Source: Oscillospiraceae bacterium (lineage in GTDB: Bacteria > Bacillota > Clostridia > Oscillospirales > Oscillospiraceae). Taken from it: a stretch of DNA of 64,000 nt. Under the pieces are notes generated by a model. The model saw only the letters and a program-made list of their open reading frames with translations. It had not been told where the DNA came from and made no database searches. This document shows positions 63,071-64,000 of the stretch, piece by piece; the first letter of the stretch is position 1; every line of letters starts with the position of its first letter. The DNA is taken from assembly GCA_017436955.1 (NCBI GenBank), contig JAFSCD010000012.1, positions 51,993 through 115,992 on the forward strand, given 5' to 3'. Made by a program: the position numbers and the translations under genes.

Positions 63071-63592
63071 TTAGCCCTCAATAGCGTCCTGTGCTGCTAT
63101 ACAAAAAAGGGGGAATTTGGCGAGAGCAGCGTATTTGTCTGCCGGGTTGGTGTAATGATTTAGTGTTTCCAAGGATTCGATAATCTTTAACGGATCAATT
63201 TCTTTTTCCTTAAACACGCTTGCAGCCTGCTCACAACTCATACGATGCAGCAATTCGATTTTGATTTGCTCGCATTCAATATAGGCCACTTTGTCTGCGG
63301 TTTTTCTCCATGCTTCCAGACAATAAGCGACCTCAAAGCTATCTGCTATAATACGAAAGCACCGATCCTCTGTTGTCAGTATCTCGCCTGGTACCAACAC
63401 GTTCTTGCAGTTATCATAAAACTGCTGTACCTGCTCTTCCAAAGATAGTGGTTCACTTTTTGCAAGAGAAACAGCATAAGCGCATATTTCTTTTCCACCT
63501 CTTTTTATTTCTTGTATTTTCCGCAACCGGTATATCGTCTTTGTATTGCAAAACAGGTACTCGTTGATTTGGCGTATGCGTTTGTCGACCAT
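63071..63592 (-). CDS. Hypothetical 173-aa protein, AT-rich
   Basis: GAGGTGAGG RBS, TATAAT upstream; no recognised motif. Confidence 0.65.
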   Translation of the reverse strand: MVDKRIRQINEYLFCNTKTIYRLRKIQEIKRGGKEICAYAVSLAKSEPLSLEEQVQQFYDNCKNVLVPGEILTTEDRCFRIIADSFEVAYCLEAWRKTADKVAYIECEQIKIELLHRMSCEQAASVFKEKEIDPLKIIESLETLNHYTNPADKYAALAKFPLFCIAAQDAIEG

Positions 63593-63807
63593 AGTTCCTC
63601 ACCTCTTAATAGCATTATAGCACACCATCTGTCCGATAGGAAGGATTTTATTAGGAAATATTCGCCCTTGATAACAGCCTGTGCGGCGAGGCGGGCGATG
63701 GGCACAAGTAAGGGTCGGTTGCTCAAGAAATGAATGGCGCCTCAAATTGTACAGTTTACATAACGCCAAAAACAGAGGACGGATCTTCTGCCTAACGATG
63801 CAAAAAG

Positions 63808-63936
63808 GCTTCCCCTGGGGGAAGCTGGCAAAAATCTTTGATTTTTGACTGATGAGGGGCATCCATCGTTCCTGGAAGAAGGAACGCCCTCATCCGACCT
63901 CACTGTCGCGAGGCCACCTTCTCCCAGGAGAAGGCT
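63808..63936. repeat. Family A-related palindromic repeat
   Basis: GCTTCCCCTGGGGGAAGC-TGGCAAAAATCTTTGATTTTTGAC-TGATGAGGG ... CCCTCATC...CCTTCTCCCAGGAGAAGG; same layout as 47561-47726. Confidence 0.75.
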
Positions 63937-64000
63937 TTGGCGACGGATGCCAGCCCATATAAAGCACGGCGCTAAAATTCCACAGTTTACATAACACCAA

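Overview
A 64-kb, GC-rich (high-50s %) chromosomal segment from an anaerobic Firmicute, probably Clostridia/Oscillospiraceae-like. This is inferred from the sigma-A promoters, CIRCE/HrcA, four T-box riboswitches, the yggS-sepF-divIVA-ileS order and a single-subunit GlyRS. I found no phage, integrase, transposase or CRISPR array. Contents in order: (1) CofE-like, aldose epimerase and DUF1846 genes; (2) CIRCE-hrcA-grpE-dnaK-dnaJ-dCMP deaminase; (3) a NahK-like kinase/ROK/nagA amino-sugar cluster; (4) a LacI-controlled locus with fucI/fucU, an ABC importer, a RhaB-type kinase, an SrlD-like SDR, a PHP protein, a SorE-like reductase and an FGGY kinase, but no aldolase; (5) the main candidate novel system (33.8-49.3 kb); (6) tRNA-Thr and tRNA-Tyr with unusual structured DNA elements; (7) ileS with a foreign-looking ORF wedged between its T-box and CDS; (8) cell-division, CCA, lipid and glyQS genes. 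The candidate system has back-to-back Ile (ATC) and Leu (CTG) T-boxes upstream of AMP-forming acyl-CoA ligases. Two ligases are XRE-cupin fusions; the third is fused to a degenerate TIM barrel and coupled to a LeuA homologue lacking its catalytic motifs. These are linked to a Vor-type 2-oxoacid:ferredoxin oxidoreductase and a Leu/Val dehydrogenase, with a Trp-T-box-controlled stand-alone trpB next door. I read this as an amino-acid rebuilding island (branched-chain fatty acids to Ile/Leu/Val, indole to Trp). That reading is inference. Intergenic spaces carry at least four families of palindromic REP/MITE-like repeats. All product calls come from motifs recognised by eye; no database search was run.
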